Made by a program: the position numbers and the translations under genes. Below the pieces are notes generated by a model. That model saw only the letters and a program-made list of their open reading frames with translations. It ran no database searches and was not told where the DNA came from. Shown piece by piece: positions 36,531-46,787 of a stretch of 64,000 bases of DNA; the first letter of the stretch is position 1; each line of letters starts with the position of its first letter. The stretch is from Candidatus Poribacteria bacterium (lineage in GTDB: Bacteria; Poribacteria; WGA-4E; PCPOR2b), in the NCBI GenBank assembly GCA_965208325.1, contig OZ242326.1:3744001-3808000 (forward strand), read 5' to 3'.

Positions 36531-37847
36531 ATGCGCTCCGCGAACTTGATTTGCCAAACTCTCCTTATATTGTTTTTTGTGGCAGTCGGGCACAACTCTC
36601 TGTTTGCGCGGACATTTGATGAAATTATCGCTTATGTCAACGACTCCGTAATAACCAAATGGGAACTCGAAAACGTCGTGAAACAACGCGCAATGGAACT
36701 ACAGACCGCGCATCAATTCAGTCCACGTGAAGCTATGGAAAGAGCGGAACAAGAACGCCAAGAGCTGCTTGACCGTCTGATTCGCCAAATGCTCCTCGTA
36801 GAAACTGCATTAAGCTTGAAAATTGAGGTGACGGATGAGGAAGTGGAACAATACATCCAAAACTTTAAGAAAAATGCAAAAATTGAAACAGAAGAGGAGT
36901 TCATAGAACAGCTGAAAAGAGAGGGATATACCCTGAGTGCCTTTCGAGAGCAAGCGAAGCGGAACCTAATGGCGGAGCGGCTTTTAATGCAGCGTGTACT
37001 GCCAAAACTCCAGGTCAGAGATGCGGATGTCATGAAGTTTTTTGAAGAAAACCGGCAGCAATTTACAACGAAAACTGACGAGGTGCATTTGAAGCACATC
37101 TTCATCGCTTTCAAGGCTAGCGACGCCAAGCGGCAAGCCGCGCTTAAAGAGATGGACGCCATTCTTAACGAAATTGAAATGGGCAAGTCATTTGCCGAAC
37201 TTGCCCGCCGCTATTCGGAGGATGAACAGGGTCAGGAGCGCGTTTCATCGAAAGTAGGCGAATTAATTCAGTGGCCGATAGCAGAGATTTCGAATCTCTC
37301 CCAGCCATTCCGAATTGCACTTTCTACACTAAGCGCCGGCGATCTTAGCGAGCCTATTGAAGGGAATGATGGAATTTATCTCTTCAATGTTGAAAGTAAG
37401 ACTAACCAAACGATTTCGTTCCGTTATCTTGTAATCCATCTAACACCAGGTGAAGAAGCTATTGAAAAAGCAAATGAACGCGCCAATCTTGTTCTACAGG
37501 AATTACGCCAGGGCGCGGATTTTAATACGCTCGTTAATCAATATTCGGACGATTTGGAAACGAAATCAGATGGCGGCAATCTTGGTGTGCGTTCACTCAA
37601 CGATTTGAATCCCAATACACGGAAGGTCATTGAGGCACTTGCAGTTGGAGAATATAGTGCACCGCTCAAAACCCCGCATGGACTACACATCTTCACGGTT
37701 GATTCTCGAACTGCCGTCGAACTTACTGAAGCGGAAAAAGAACAAATCCGCCTCGTGTTGCGTGAGCAAAAATTTCAAGAGGGATGGCAGGCTTACACGG
37801 ATACAATTTTGAAGGGTGCATACGTCAAAATCAATCCGATTAAATGA
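36531..37847 (+). CDS. surA: SurA-like chaperone with two parvulin domains
   Basis: IIAYVNDSVIT..EL, V.LKHIFI, F.ELARRYSED, GGNLG, S.P.KT..GLHIF. Confidence 0.8.
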   Translation: MRSANLICQTLLILFFVAVGHNSLFARTFDEIIAYVNDSVITKWELENVVKQRAMELQTAHQFSPREAMERAEQERQELLDRLIRQMLLVETALSLKIEVTDEEVEQYIQNFKKNAKIETEEEFIEQLKREGYTLSAFREQAKRNLMAERLLMQRVLPKLQVRDADVMKFFEENRQQFTTKTDEVHLKHIFIAFKASDAKRQAALKEMDAILNEIEMGKSFAELARRYSEDEQGQERVSSKVGELIQWPIAEISNLSQPFRIALSTLSAGDLSEPIEGNDGIYLFNVESKTNQTISFRYLVIHLTPGEEAIEKANERANLVLQELRQGADFNTLVNQYSDDLETKSDGGNLGVRSLNDLNPNTRKVIEALAVGEYSAPLKTPHGLHIFTVDSRTAVELTEAEKEQIRLVLREQKFQEGWQAYTDTILKGAYVKINPIK

Positions 37848-37863
37848 AGAGAGAAGACACAGA

Positions 37864-40800
37864 ATGGAAGGGAGGGAAAGAAAGCGACCCAAAACTGGAA
37901 GACCAAATAGCCAAGACTCAAATTGGATTTCATTTCCTAAATCTCCCGCTTTACTGTATTCTCATTACGTTTTGTGTGTTACTGGCTGTGCATTACGTTT
38001 TACATCTCACGCATTATCAATAACTTTTCTCGCCTGTTTCTCGCTTGCATCTGTTTGTTCCTTGGCCGCCCAAGATAATCTCCCACCTGCCGCTGGCGGC
38101 GTTGATACCGCAACGGATGTAAAGAATCAATCCGAACCTTCTCCCGATATCCAAGATACTTCCCTAGAAAACGAGAAAAAGCGCAAGTCCCAACTGGATC
38201 CTGATAATACTACCCCCGAAGAAGGTAAAGTCATAGGTGATGGCGATGAGATATTCGTCCAGGAGAATATAGTCCAGATTCACGGAAATGGGCTAATCAA
38301 ATTTGAGGACGTCGTGCTTCACGCAGACCATATTTGGGCGGATTTTGACGAAAATATCATGCGTGCGGCCGGCAACGTGCGTCTCATTGTTGAAAATGAG
38401 GAAACGCATGCGAACGAATTAGTTTACAACCTCGACAACAAAAAGGGAGTTGTGCGGGAAGGATTTACATACAGCGATCCCTGGTATTACCGTGGTACAG
38501 AAATCTTCAAGGTCGAAGCGGATGAATCCTACATCCGCGGCGGTTCACTTACGACCTGTTCCCTCAAACACCCTCATTTCTACTTTAGCGCCTCTAAAAT
38601 CATCGTCAAAATTAACAAAGAATTAATAGCGAAAAACATTGTGCTGAAGGTGGGTGGCATCCCGCTCTTTTATTTCCCGGTCTACCGCCGTGATTTGCGC
38701 AAGGATAAAGTCGCTAAGGTGATTGTAAAACTTGGAACTGATAGCTATCAGGGGCCGTTTGTCAGCATCATTTTGCCACTCGCACGCCGGCAGCGGTATG
38801 ATGGCGCGCTGCTGTTCGATCAGAGTGCACGCCGAGGCGGCGGTAGGGGATTCGAGGGAAAATATCGTGTCAATGACGTCAAATTTCAAGAGATTCTTGT
38901 ACCCATTCCCGATGATGCAACACCAACTGAACGCGCGAATCTTGAAGAAAAAGCCGAAGAGTTATCAGATCGATTGGAAGGCAAATATGACAATTTTAAG
39001 ATGCGCCAGATATTCTTGGAATACAAGATTAGCGAAGACGATGTCGCACGGGCGCATGAGGAAGCAAACGAAATCTACACACAACTCCAGGCGGAAGACG
39101 GCGATTTTGCCGAGATAGCTCAAAGCAGTTCTGACCATCAAGATACCCGTTATCAAGGCGGAAATATGGGTTTTCTGGTGCACGGAGAGCGGGACGAGGA
39201 CGGCGAACTTAGGCTCAATCCAATTTTGGAAAACGCTGCTTTCCAGCTGCAACCCGGGGACATTAGCCCGATTTTGCAGACCGAAACAGGGTTTCACATT
39301 TTAAAAGTAGAACATGTCATTGAGGTGTACGGTGAACGGGAGATTCAGGTGCGTCGAATTGACATTGTGGTGGAACCAAGTGACGCAACTCGAGAATCTA
39401 TTCAAGCTACCGCGGATGAAATTCAGGAACGTGCAAGCGCCGGTGAGACGTTCGATCAGTTAGCTGCCGAATACGAAGAAGCAGAAGCAGCCAGAGTTAA
39501 TCAAGGCGCGTGGATGCCATTAATTGAAATGGACAATCGTTGGCGGTATTCGGTGCGTCAGTTTGAACACCCTGGTGAAATCACACCGCCAGTAAAGACC
39601 AACCTCGGGGTTTATATCTTCCAATTAATTGAAAAGCAGCCGACGCCTAGTTTTGAAGACATTGCTAGCCAATTTGAAGCAGAATGGGCTGCTCTGCAAG
39701 CGGAAAAAGAGGTAATAGAAGCCCGGGAAGACCCAGAGGAACAAGATGGGGCAGAACCAGAGGAGAACGGCGAACCTCAATCGGATAGTACACATGACGC
39801 AATACAGTATACGGAATCTGATAACACAATAGATTCGCCGGAAGAAGAAAACTTGGACGAGGAAAACGGAGAAGAGGAAGCGAAAGTCTACGAGAAGTAC
39901 GGCTTTCGTGGCAAGTGGGAAATGCCGCGGAATGTCGCTTCACAAACCCAACGGCTTTATCGGGGCGAATCGAGCCGCGTTATCAAAACAAAGAAAGGGT
40001 ACCGCCTCGTCAAAGTTGATAGGAAACGCACTTTCAGGGGCGATTTGCTATTTCTCGCCGAAGACCAATATTCGTCTAATCGCAAAAAACCCTTCAGAAC
40101 CGGACAAAAGTGGACCATGCGGTGGGGGCATAACCATGTCATTTATACGCCTTGGGATAGCCGAGCCAAAGGGCGGCGGCCTGTGAGTTGGGTGAGTCGC
40201 GTGCTGTGGGGCGCACGAACTTACAAAGAAGGATTAGGAGAGAATGAGTCGACCATTGACTCCTTTTCCGTGGTGACTTGGGGTTCCGCATTGTCGGCAC
40301 GGGATACGGACGATTATGACGAGGATGGCAATTTGACTTTTTCTCGGGAGACCATCGGAGAGTTCTTGGGGCGTTTACAGGTGAATCACACCTTAGATCT
40401 CACAGGGGAAGGGACAACAACTCTGCAAAAACTGCCTGCATTCACGGTCTCACTGTCTCGAATGCGCTTCAATCGGCTGCCGTTGTTCAAAACGCTAAAT
40501 TCCGGTCTAACCTGGGTTGCTGATAAATTACGCACTGACCGCCCCATTCTTTCAATGGTTTCTTTCCCTACGCTTGAAAACACCAGCTTTGATTTCGACA
40601 CTGCCTTGGGCAACTTCTACCGCGAACGATATAGGGATGAGGAAGATGTGTTCTTGCAGACGATGGATCTTGGCTTCGATCTCCGGAAACAATCGACCTC
40701 ACAAATTATGCCTAACCGCGAGTTGTTGCTTGATGTTACGCTGCAAAGCAACCTAATTTGGCATTCCAAAGACCGAGCTGGCAACCAAAATATCTTGCGT

Positions 40801-41691
40801 GGTGTGTACAGTACACGAGCGACCGCGAGCAATACGCTCTTTCGAATATATGACATCGGCTTTATTCCTGGCGTACGCCGTATGCGGCATCAAATTGATT
40901 CGAGTCTCAAATTGAATTATCAACCACCTGTTGAAAGGGAGGAAGATGACCTTTACCCGTTTGGCCCCAGCACTCACTTCTTTGAAAGAAAAAGTCTCGC
41001 TTATGTTTTCCGTACGAGCATTGAAGTGAAGACGCGCCGCAGCAAATCTGCGCTCCGGCTTCTAGACTTCACAACTCGATTAAGGGCAGACTTTTCCGAA
41101 CGCGCCAAGGAGAGAAATCGAGAATTCGACCTGATTGAAAGCGATTTAAGGATTACTCCGCTGGCGAGCCGTAAGATGACTATTACAATGCGCACAACCC
41201 ACAATCCTAATGAATCAGAGATTGGCGGGGAACGATTCAAAATGGTCGGTTTTCGTACGAATCTCAGATACCGGCGAACAACGTGGCATTTTTCATTGGG
41301 GAGTTCGTTCAATAAAAGGACAACACGTGCCAGACGGGATTACACGGCGAGTTGGAGTTTCCGTCCGAATAGGCTCGTGGAGTTTGACTTCAACCTAATT
41401 TATGATTGGATTGAACAACAGTTCTATTCGCAAAGTATCGCGGTACGACGGAATCTCCATGACTGGAATCTGACCATACGGTGGAATCGCCGCGGCATCA
41501 GGCGCGGTACAGATTCTGACAATGTCCGCCAAGATTTCATTTTTCAAATTAACCTAATCGAAGAGTCTGCAGCTTCGGTTGGGCTTGGGTACGATGCGAC
41601 AACGGACACGTGGGGCTTCCGAAGTCTGCCCGCAGGCGTGCCCTATAATGCCTTTAGCGCTGGAACGACGCTTGGACGTTCTTATTTTTAA
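37864..41691 (+). CDS. lptD: LptD-like LPS-assembly outer membrane protein with inserted parvulin domains
   Basis: OstA-like N-terminus (L.AD.I, A.GNV.L, L.YN.....G, LTTCS...PH, VGGIPLFYFP); internal PpiC repeats; beta-strand-rich C-terminus with RRNLHDW. Start uncertain. Confidence 0.75.
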   Translation: MEGRERKRPKTGRPNSQDSNWISFPKSPALLYSHYVLCVTGCALRFTSHALSITFLACFSLASVCSLAAQDNLPPAAGGVDTATDVKNQSEPSPDIQDTSLENEKKRKSQLDPDNTTPEEGKVIGDGDEIFVQENIVQIHGNGLIKFEDVVLHADHIWADFDENIMRAAGNVRLIVENEETHANELVYNLDNKKGVVREGFTYSDPWYYRGTEIFKVEADESYIRGGSLTTCSLKHPHFYFSASKIIVKINKELIAKNIVLKVGGIPLFYFPVYRRDLRKDKVAKVIVKLGTDSYQGPFVSIILPLARRQRYDGALLFDQSARRGGGRGFEGKYRVNDVKFQEILVPIPDDATPTERANLEEKAEELSDRLEGKYDNFKMRQIFLEYKISEDDVARAHEEANEIYTQLQAEDGDFAEIAQSSSDHQDTRYQGGNMGFLVHGERDEDGELRLNPILENAAFQLQPGDISPILQTETGFHILKVEHVIEVYGEREIQVRRIDIVVEPSDATRESIQATADEIQERASAGETFDQLAAEYEEAEAARVNQGAWMPLIEMDNRWRYSVRQFEHPGEITPPVKTNLGVYIFQLIEKQPTPSFEDIASQFEAEWAALQAEKEVIEAREDPEEQDGAEPEENGEPQSDSTHDAIQYTESDNTIDSPEEENLDEENGEEEAKVYEKYGFRGKWEMPRNVASQTQRLYRGESSRVIKTKKGYRLVKVDRKRTFRGDLLFLAEDQYSSNRKKPFRTGQKWTMRWGHNHVIYTPWDSRAKGRRPVSWVSRVLWGARTYKEGLGENESTIDSFSVVTWGSALSARDTDDYDEDGNLTFSRETIGEFLGRLQVNHTLDLTGEGTTTLQKLPAFTVSLSRMRFNRLPLFKTLNSGLTWVADKLRTDRPILSMVSFPTLENTSFDFDTALGNFYRERYRDEEDVFLQTMDLGFDLRKQSTSQIMPNRELLLDVTLQSNLIWHSKDRAGNQNILRGVYSTRATASNTLFRIYDIGFIPGVRRMRHQIDSSLKLNYQPPVEREEDDLYPFGPSTHFFERKSLAYVFRTSIEVKTRRSKSALRLLDFTTRLRADFSERAKERNREFDLIESDLRITPLASRKMTITMRTTHNPNESEIGGERFKMVGFRTNLRYRRTTWHFSLGSSFNKRTTRARRDYTASWSFRPNRLVEFDFNLIYDWIEQQFYSQSIAVRRNLHDWNLTIRWNRRGIRRGTDSDNVRQDFIFQINLIEESAASVGLGYDATTDTWGFRSLPAGVPYNAFSAGTTLGRSYF

Positions 41692-41897
41692 GGGCAAAGA
41701 ACCTCAGCAATTCCTTCTTACCCTCTATTCCATGTGCTTAATCACGTCCCATAATTTACCTTTCTAGTCTTTATTGTTTGAATTTTCAAATCAGTCAAGG
41801 CTACTTGTTGTTACCCTAGAACTTGTGATATAATCCCACCCGGTAAAACCAAGCTGCCGTATTCAAGTCAGATTTATGTAGTGAGGAGAAATCAACG

Positions 41898-42521
41898 ATG
41901 ATTAATACACTCGTATTTGCCGGCGGGTCTTTGCATGACTGGCAAGGTTGTAGTGAAGCAATCATTGAAATCTTATCCCGGCGTGATGAATTTAAAATCA
42001 CCAAAATCGAAGAGGATCTTGATGCCCTCACCGCTCCTCGGTTGGCTCCTTACGACCTCATCGTTTTCTATTATACCCTTGGCGAAATGTCGGACGCCCA
42101 GAAAAACGGGTTGTTAAACCACATTGCTTCGGGAAAAGGCTTCGCGGGTGTGCATTGTGCCGCCGATTCGTTCAGAGAGTGCCCGGAGTATCGGGCGATG
42201 ATTGGAGGGCATTTCGTCACGCATCCCCGTTACCGGGAGTACCAGGTGAACGTCTCAGATACTGCGCACCCGATTACAGCGGGCATTGAAGAGTTCATGG
42301 TCACGGATGAGCAGTATATTTTAGACTACGATTCCCGCGTTAATGTACTCGCCACGGGGTTGAGTAAGGGCGGCACGATGCCTGTGGTTTGGACCAAAAA
42401 TTGGGGCGCAGGGCGTGTCTTCTATCTTGCTCTGGGGCATGACGCCAAAGCTTGTAGTCAAGAGATATTCGGAACGCTTCTACTGCGCGGCGCGCTCTGG
42501 GCAGCCGAACCGAGCGAATAA
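41898..42521 (+). CDS. ThuA-like domain protein
   Basis: GKGFAGVH.A.DSF, GG.F..HP, HPIT.GI..F...DEQY, WGAGRVFY.ALGH. Confidence 0.88.
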   Translation: MINTLVFAGGSLHDWQGCSEAIIEILSRRDEFKITKIEEDLDALTAPRLAPYDLIVFYYTLGEMSDAQKNGLLNHIASGKGFAGVHCAADSFRECPEYRAMIGGHFVTHPRYREYQVNVSDTAHPITAGIEEFMVTDEQYILDYDSRVNVLATGLSKGGTMPVVWTKNWGAGRVFYLALGHDAKACSQEIFGTLLLRGALWAAEPSE

Positions 42522-43151
42522 ATGAAAAAGCAGATTACCGATATCCAGATTGATGAAAAAAACCCTGACCGATGCGCGCTTTTTCTCGATTGTCATCAGT
42601 TTGGAGTCGTCGATTCAAGTTTAATTGCTGTACTCGGTTTGCGAATAGGCCTGGAAATTGAGGCGGAGGTGCTTCAAAAATTAATTGAAGCGGACGGAGT
42701 CACAAAGACCAAGAACTTCATTCTTAATCTATTGCGAAATCAAACCTATAGCAAACAGCAGTTAATTGATTTGCTCGGACGAAGGGGATGCGGCGAAAGA
42801 ACTATTGATACCGCGCTGGCGGAACTGGAGGAGCTGGGCGTCGTTAAGGGCGAGAACTATGCACGGAGCTGGGTTAATCGTCGTCTGCGCCTTAAGCCGC
42901 GCGGAAAAAGGGTACTGAAGCGCGAATTGGTAAGCAAAGGAATTGACCAATCGACCGCTGACTGTGTCCTTGACACGATAGATGATAAGGACGAATCTGG
43001 GATGGCGTTAAAAGCCGCACGAAAACAGGCGGTGCATTACAAGTCCCTTTTACCGCATGTAGCCAAACGACGCATGCACGATTTTTTACTAAGGCGTGGA
43101 TTTGACGTTGATACAATTCAGCCAGTTATCGATCAAGTGTTAAAAAACTAG
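42522..43151 (+). CDS. recX: Regulatory protein RecX family
   Basis: YA.SWV..R....PRGKR.LK.EL..KGI, FLLRRGF. Confidence 0.85.
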   Translation: MKKQITDIQIDEKNPDRCALFLDCHQFGVVDSSLIAVLGLRIGLEIEAEVLQKLIEADGVTKTKNFILNLLRNQTYSKQQLIDLLGRRGCGERTIDTALAELEELGVVKGENYARSWVNRRLRLKPRGKRVLKRELVSKGIDQSTADCVLDTIDDKDESGMALKAARKQAVHYKSLLPHVAKRRMHDFLLRRGFDVDTIQPVIDQVLKN

Positions 43152-43270
43152 TATTGGACACGTAGCATAGAACCGATGCCTGCAATGCCGACTCATCTCT
43201 GCATAGTCCGCTCCTTCACTCGAGCGGCATCGGAGTGAGATTTTCCGGCTACTGAATATCCCGAAACCGC

Positions 43271-44905
43271 TTAAAACATAGAAAAATCTATCTCTTTGGC
43301 GGTTATGAATTCCAGCAAGGCTGGAACACCTTCCTTAGTTTTCTGAATTCCTCGTTTGATTGCGGGGACAATTTCATCAGGTGTAGTTACCCGTTCCCCA
43401 TATCCGCCGAAGCACCTCGCCATATCTGCATAATGACCGGAAATATCCGTGCTGCGGAATTTCTCCGTAGAAACCGGCATCACCGGCAATTCAATCGCCA
43501 TTGAGAAGTTATTGAACAGCAGCGAAAGGATGGGAATCTGCTCCCTGACTGCGGTTTCGAAGTCCATCCCTGTAAAACCGATGGCAGCATCGCCCCAGAC
43601 GTTGATGCACAGTTTGTCTGGGCTGGCTAGCTTGGTACCCATTGCTAGTCCGAGGCCGTAACCCAGTTGGGTGGTTTTGCCCCAGCCGATATAGGAAAGC
43701 GGGGTAACCGGTTTCCAGAAGGGGGAGAGCTGATCACGGGGGCTTCCCGCGTCGTGTGTGATAATGGTATTTGCCGCATCTACGGTGTGCATCAAGTCCC
43801 AGATTACTCGATAAGGCGAAATCGGAATTTCGTTAGCGGTAAGCTTGTGTTTCCATTGCGCTAGCCATTCTGCTTTGATGGAATTTATCTGTTGCGCTAC
43901 TCGATTGAAATGGCCGCGGGGCTTACCGCCCAAGCGCTCATGGATTTCGGCAACCAATGCTTCCAGGACCAGACGGGCGTCCCCCACTAAAGCGTGTTTC
44001 ACAGCCAGATCTTTGTTGATGTCCGCAGGGTCCAGCGTCGCATGAATAATGGTCTTGTCCGTCGGTATGCGCACACCATAACTGGTGGCGGCGAAGCTGC
44101 ATCCGATACCGAAAATTACATCGGCGTTATGCAAAAAGTCATGCACGGTTTTTGGGATAGAACGCCCGCCAGAACCTAGTGATAAGGGATGAGATTCTGG
44201 GAAGGCGCTCTTGCCGGCAAGGCTGGTGGTCACCGGCGCTTCCAAGATTTCCGATAATGCTCGTAAAGCTTTCCAACCTTTAGCATAATGGACGCCTTGT
44301 CCTGCGTAGATTACCGGATGATTCGCATCCAGCAATGCGCTGGCTACGTCACTTATCACATGCGGGTCTGGGCCAGAACGCAAAATTGGTGTAGGAAAAT
44401 ATTGTAAGGGACCAGAGAGCCCTTCCTGAAACACATCGCTGGGGATTTCCACCACCGCTGGACGAGGACGCCCATTTCGCACCTGGGTAAAGGCTCGCCG
44501 CAATGCTCCCGGTACGGCCTGAGGCAGAGTAACTTGTTCGCAGGATTTGGTGATGTGCCGGTAGTTGATGAAGGAGTTGAAGTTGGGCGGTGTGTTAGTC
44601 AGGGCACGCGAGTAGCCCATCGGTATGACGACGATTGGGACGGAATCCCCATACGCCTGGGCAATACCGCCAAAAGCATTCTCCGATCCTGGCCCGCTTT
44701 GCATGCAGAATACGCCAATCTGTTCACCCGAGGTTACCCGGCTGAAGCCATCAGCCATATGCAGGCCAACCCGTTCTTGGCGAACGATGATTGGGCGAAT
44801 ACCTATCTTCGCCGCGGCTTCAATAGTTGGGTTGACCGGGTAGGCAAATAGATACTTCACACCTTCCCGCTTTAAAATTTCAGCAATAGCATCAGCGACG
44901 TTCAT
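43271..44905 (-). CDS. Thiamine pyrophosphate-dependent enzyme (acetolactate synthase-like)
   Basis: RQER.G.HMADG, GPG, GRP.P..VEIP.D, GDAAIG...NN. Start moved to MNVADA. Confidence 0.92.
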   Translation of the reverse strand: MNVADAIAEILKREGVKYLFAYPVNPTIEAAAKIGIRPIIVRQERVGLHMADGFSRVTSGEQIGVFCMQSGPGSENAFGGIAQAYGDSVPIVVIPMGYSRALTNTPPNFNSFINYRHITKSCEQVTLPQAVPGALRRAFTQVRNGRPRPAVVEIPSDVFQEGLSGPLQYFPTPILRSGPDPHVISDVASALLDANHPVIYAGQGVHYAKGWKALRALSEILEAPVTTSLAGKSAFPESHPLSLGSGGRSIPKTVHDFLHNADVIFGIGCSFAATSYGVRIPTDKTIIHATLDPADINKDLAVKHALVGDARLVLEALVAEIHERLGGKPRGHFNRVAQQINSIKAEWLAQWKHKLTANEIPISPYRVIWDLMHTVDAANTIITHDAGSPRDQLSPFWKPVTPLSYIGWGKTTQLGYGLGLAMGTKLASPDKLCINVWGDAAIGFTGMDFETAVREQIPILSLLFNNFSMAIELPVMPVSTEKFRSTDISGHYADMARCFGGYGERVTTPDEIVPAIKRGIQKTKEGVPALLEFITAKEIDFSMF

Positions 44906-44993
44906 TCCGTTTCTCCCATTTTGGGATATGAACCGCCCTTCATACAATTTTTGGCATTTTCTAGAGTTTCATAACCGCCTCATTCAAATATAC

Positions 44994-45195
44994 TAGGTCG
45001 TGTTGATTTTTTGGTTTGGCTAATGCAACATACGACCGTGTAATTCGCCAAAAACCCAAGTCGGGGCGATGTCTGACGTAAAAGGGCAACCGAAAGGGTT
45101 GCCCCTACAAGGATTATGTAGGGGCAGGTCTTGTGCCTGCCCAATTACTCGCGGCATGGAAATGGATTCAAATTGCCAAATGTCAACAAATCCTA
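44994..45195. mobile_element. MITE-like element containing GTAG-type REP palindromes
   Basis: Imperfect TIRs taggtcgtgttgat and tgtcaacaaatccta; internal gggcaaccgaaagggttgcccctac and gtaggggcaggtcttgtgcctgccc. Confidence 0.55.
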
Positions 45196-45203
45196 ATCAA
45201 TGA

Positions 45204-46040
45204 TTATAGGCTGACGAAAAAAGGGTTATGTTTTTTTTCTTCTCCTACAGTTGTGGGAGGGCCGTGTCCGGGGAAGAGTTTCACATCATCGGGAAGCGAG
45301 AGAAGATGATTTTGAACGCTTGAAATTTCTTGCCTATACGAAATATTTGGACCGCCTACCGAACCCGCAAAAATTGCGTCGCCGACAATCGCCGTGGTGC
45401 GCGTGTAAAAACTGCAACCGCCAGGCGTGTGTCCTGGTGTGTCGAGCGTTTCCACCGTGAGATTGCCGACGCTCACTACATCGCCATGCTTCAGCAACCT
45501 GAGTTGCTGGCTGCTTTGAGGTTTCGGCTCATCCGCGTGGATATAAGTTGGGCAACCCGTTGCGTTTTCAATTGACGGCAACCCGTCCGCGTGATCGCTG
45601 TGCGCGTGCGTCAACAAGATTACAGTCGGGGTAACCCCAATGTCCTGGATTTTTTGGAGGATGACATCTGGATGCGCAGCCGTATCGATTATTGCTGCGT
45701 TATTAGTATCGTTGCAAACCAAAATATAAGCGTTAACCGGATAACCGCCAACATTTGCGCTGACGGTGACTACTTCCAAAGCATCGTCGTATCCCGGTTG
45801 AACAGGTTCTGGTGCCCAGCGTTCCATCGCAATGTCAACCAATTTTGCGCCGTCAAGATTTAACGCTCGAGCGATTATATGAGTTTGATTTTCTGTTGGC
45901 TTTAGGGTGTAGTCTTCCATCTGTGACAATTGTGCCTCGGTCAGGCCAGTTGCGTCTGCGATTTGAGCGGTGCTTAAACCTAGGCCGCGCCTCGCTTTCC
46001 CGATGATATCTCCAAATTCATCTTCAAGTGCATAAGCCAT
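45204..46040 (-). CDS. MBL-fold hydrolase (glyoxalase II-like) with N-terminal XRE HTH
   Basis: DIIGKARRGLGLS...IA..TGL; THAHSDH, TPGHTPG, GD.IF, PGHG. Confidence 0.9.
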   Translation of the reverse strand: MAYALEDEFGDIIGKARRGLGLSTAQIADATGLTEAQLSQMEDYTLKPTENQTHIIARALNLDGAKLVDIAMERWAPEPVQPGYDDALEVVTVSANVGGYPVNAYILVCNDTNNAAIIDTAAHPDVILQKIQDIGVTPTVILLTHAHSDHADGLPSIENATGCPTYIHADEPKPQSSQQLRLLKHGDVVSVGNLTVETLDTPGHTPGGCSFYTRTTAIVGDAIFAGSVGGPNISYRQEISSVQNHLLSLPDDVKLFPGHGPPTTVGEEKKHNPFFVSL

Positions 46041-46295
46041 AACGAGTTCTTCTCCTTCTTGATAATTTGGAAAAGTAGTGTAACACGAAACTAAATGATG
46101 AACAACTTCAAAATTCCGCTTTTCGGGATAACAACAAGCCGTGCTTTCCAAACCGGTGGTAATGTCTCTTCCCACACGTCGCTATGCCCGTTTGCAAATC
46201 TGCTTGACACGCAAAATACCGACAGTTAAAATATATCGGCTTGCCGGAGTTTTGCAAGATTCACGGTAGAGGCAGTGCACGGAGGAAATTAGCGT

Positions 46296-46685
46296 ATGCC
46301 GACATACGAATACAAATGTTTTGATTGCGGCACACGATTTGAGCGTTTTCAAAGCATGACCGAAGAAGCAATTCAAGATTGCCCGGAGTGCGAAGGCAAG
46401 GTCAAACGGTTGATTGGCGCAGGAGCAGGATTGATTTTTAAGGGATCGGGGTTCTACTCGACGGATTACCGGGATGGAAGCTACAAGGAGGCTGAAAAGA
46501 AAGATCGGGATGCTTCATCTAGCGGCACCGACGCCAGCAAGAGCAGCGATGGTAAGAAAAGTGATAGTAAGAGCAGCGAAACGAAAAGCAGTGACACCAA
46601 GAACGCCGATACAAAAAGCAGTGATACAAAAAGCAGTGATACAAAGAGCCCTGACACCGCTAAAACAGCTTCAGACGAGGCTTGA
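46296..46685 (+). CDS. FmdB-family zinc ribbon protein with S/D/T/K-rich tail
   Basis: MPTYEYKC..CG..FE, CPEC, FKGSGFY.TDY. Confidence 0.92.
   Translation: MPTYEYKCFDCGTRFERFQSMTEEAIQDCPECEGKVKRLIGAGAGLIFKGSGFYSTDYRDGSYKEAEKKDRDASSSGTDASKSSDGKKSDSKSSETKSSDTKNADTKSSDTKSSDTKSPDTAKTASDEA
46540..46660 (+). repeat. Imperfect 15-bp tandem repeat encoding KSSDT-like units
   Basis: gatacaaaaagcagt units and variants inside the FmdB gene. Confidence 0.75.
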
Positions 46686-46787
46686 AACTGTAAAAATGAT
46701 ACCCGTCCGAAAAAGTCTGACAGCATACCAGAGTCCAGGGATATTCTGCCGGTTCAAAACTGGGCTATCGATTGATTCACCGTTCTT

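Noticed and set aside
46540..46660. CRISPR-like short repeats
   Set aside because: These are contiguous 15-bp coding repeats without spacers inside the FmdB gene, and there are no cas genes.
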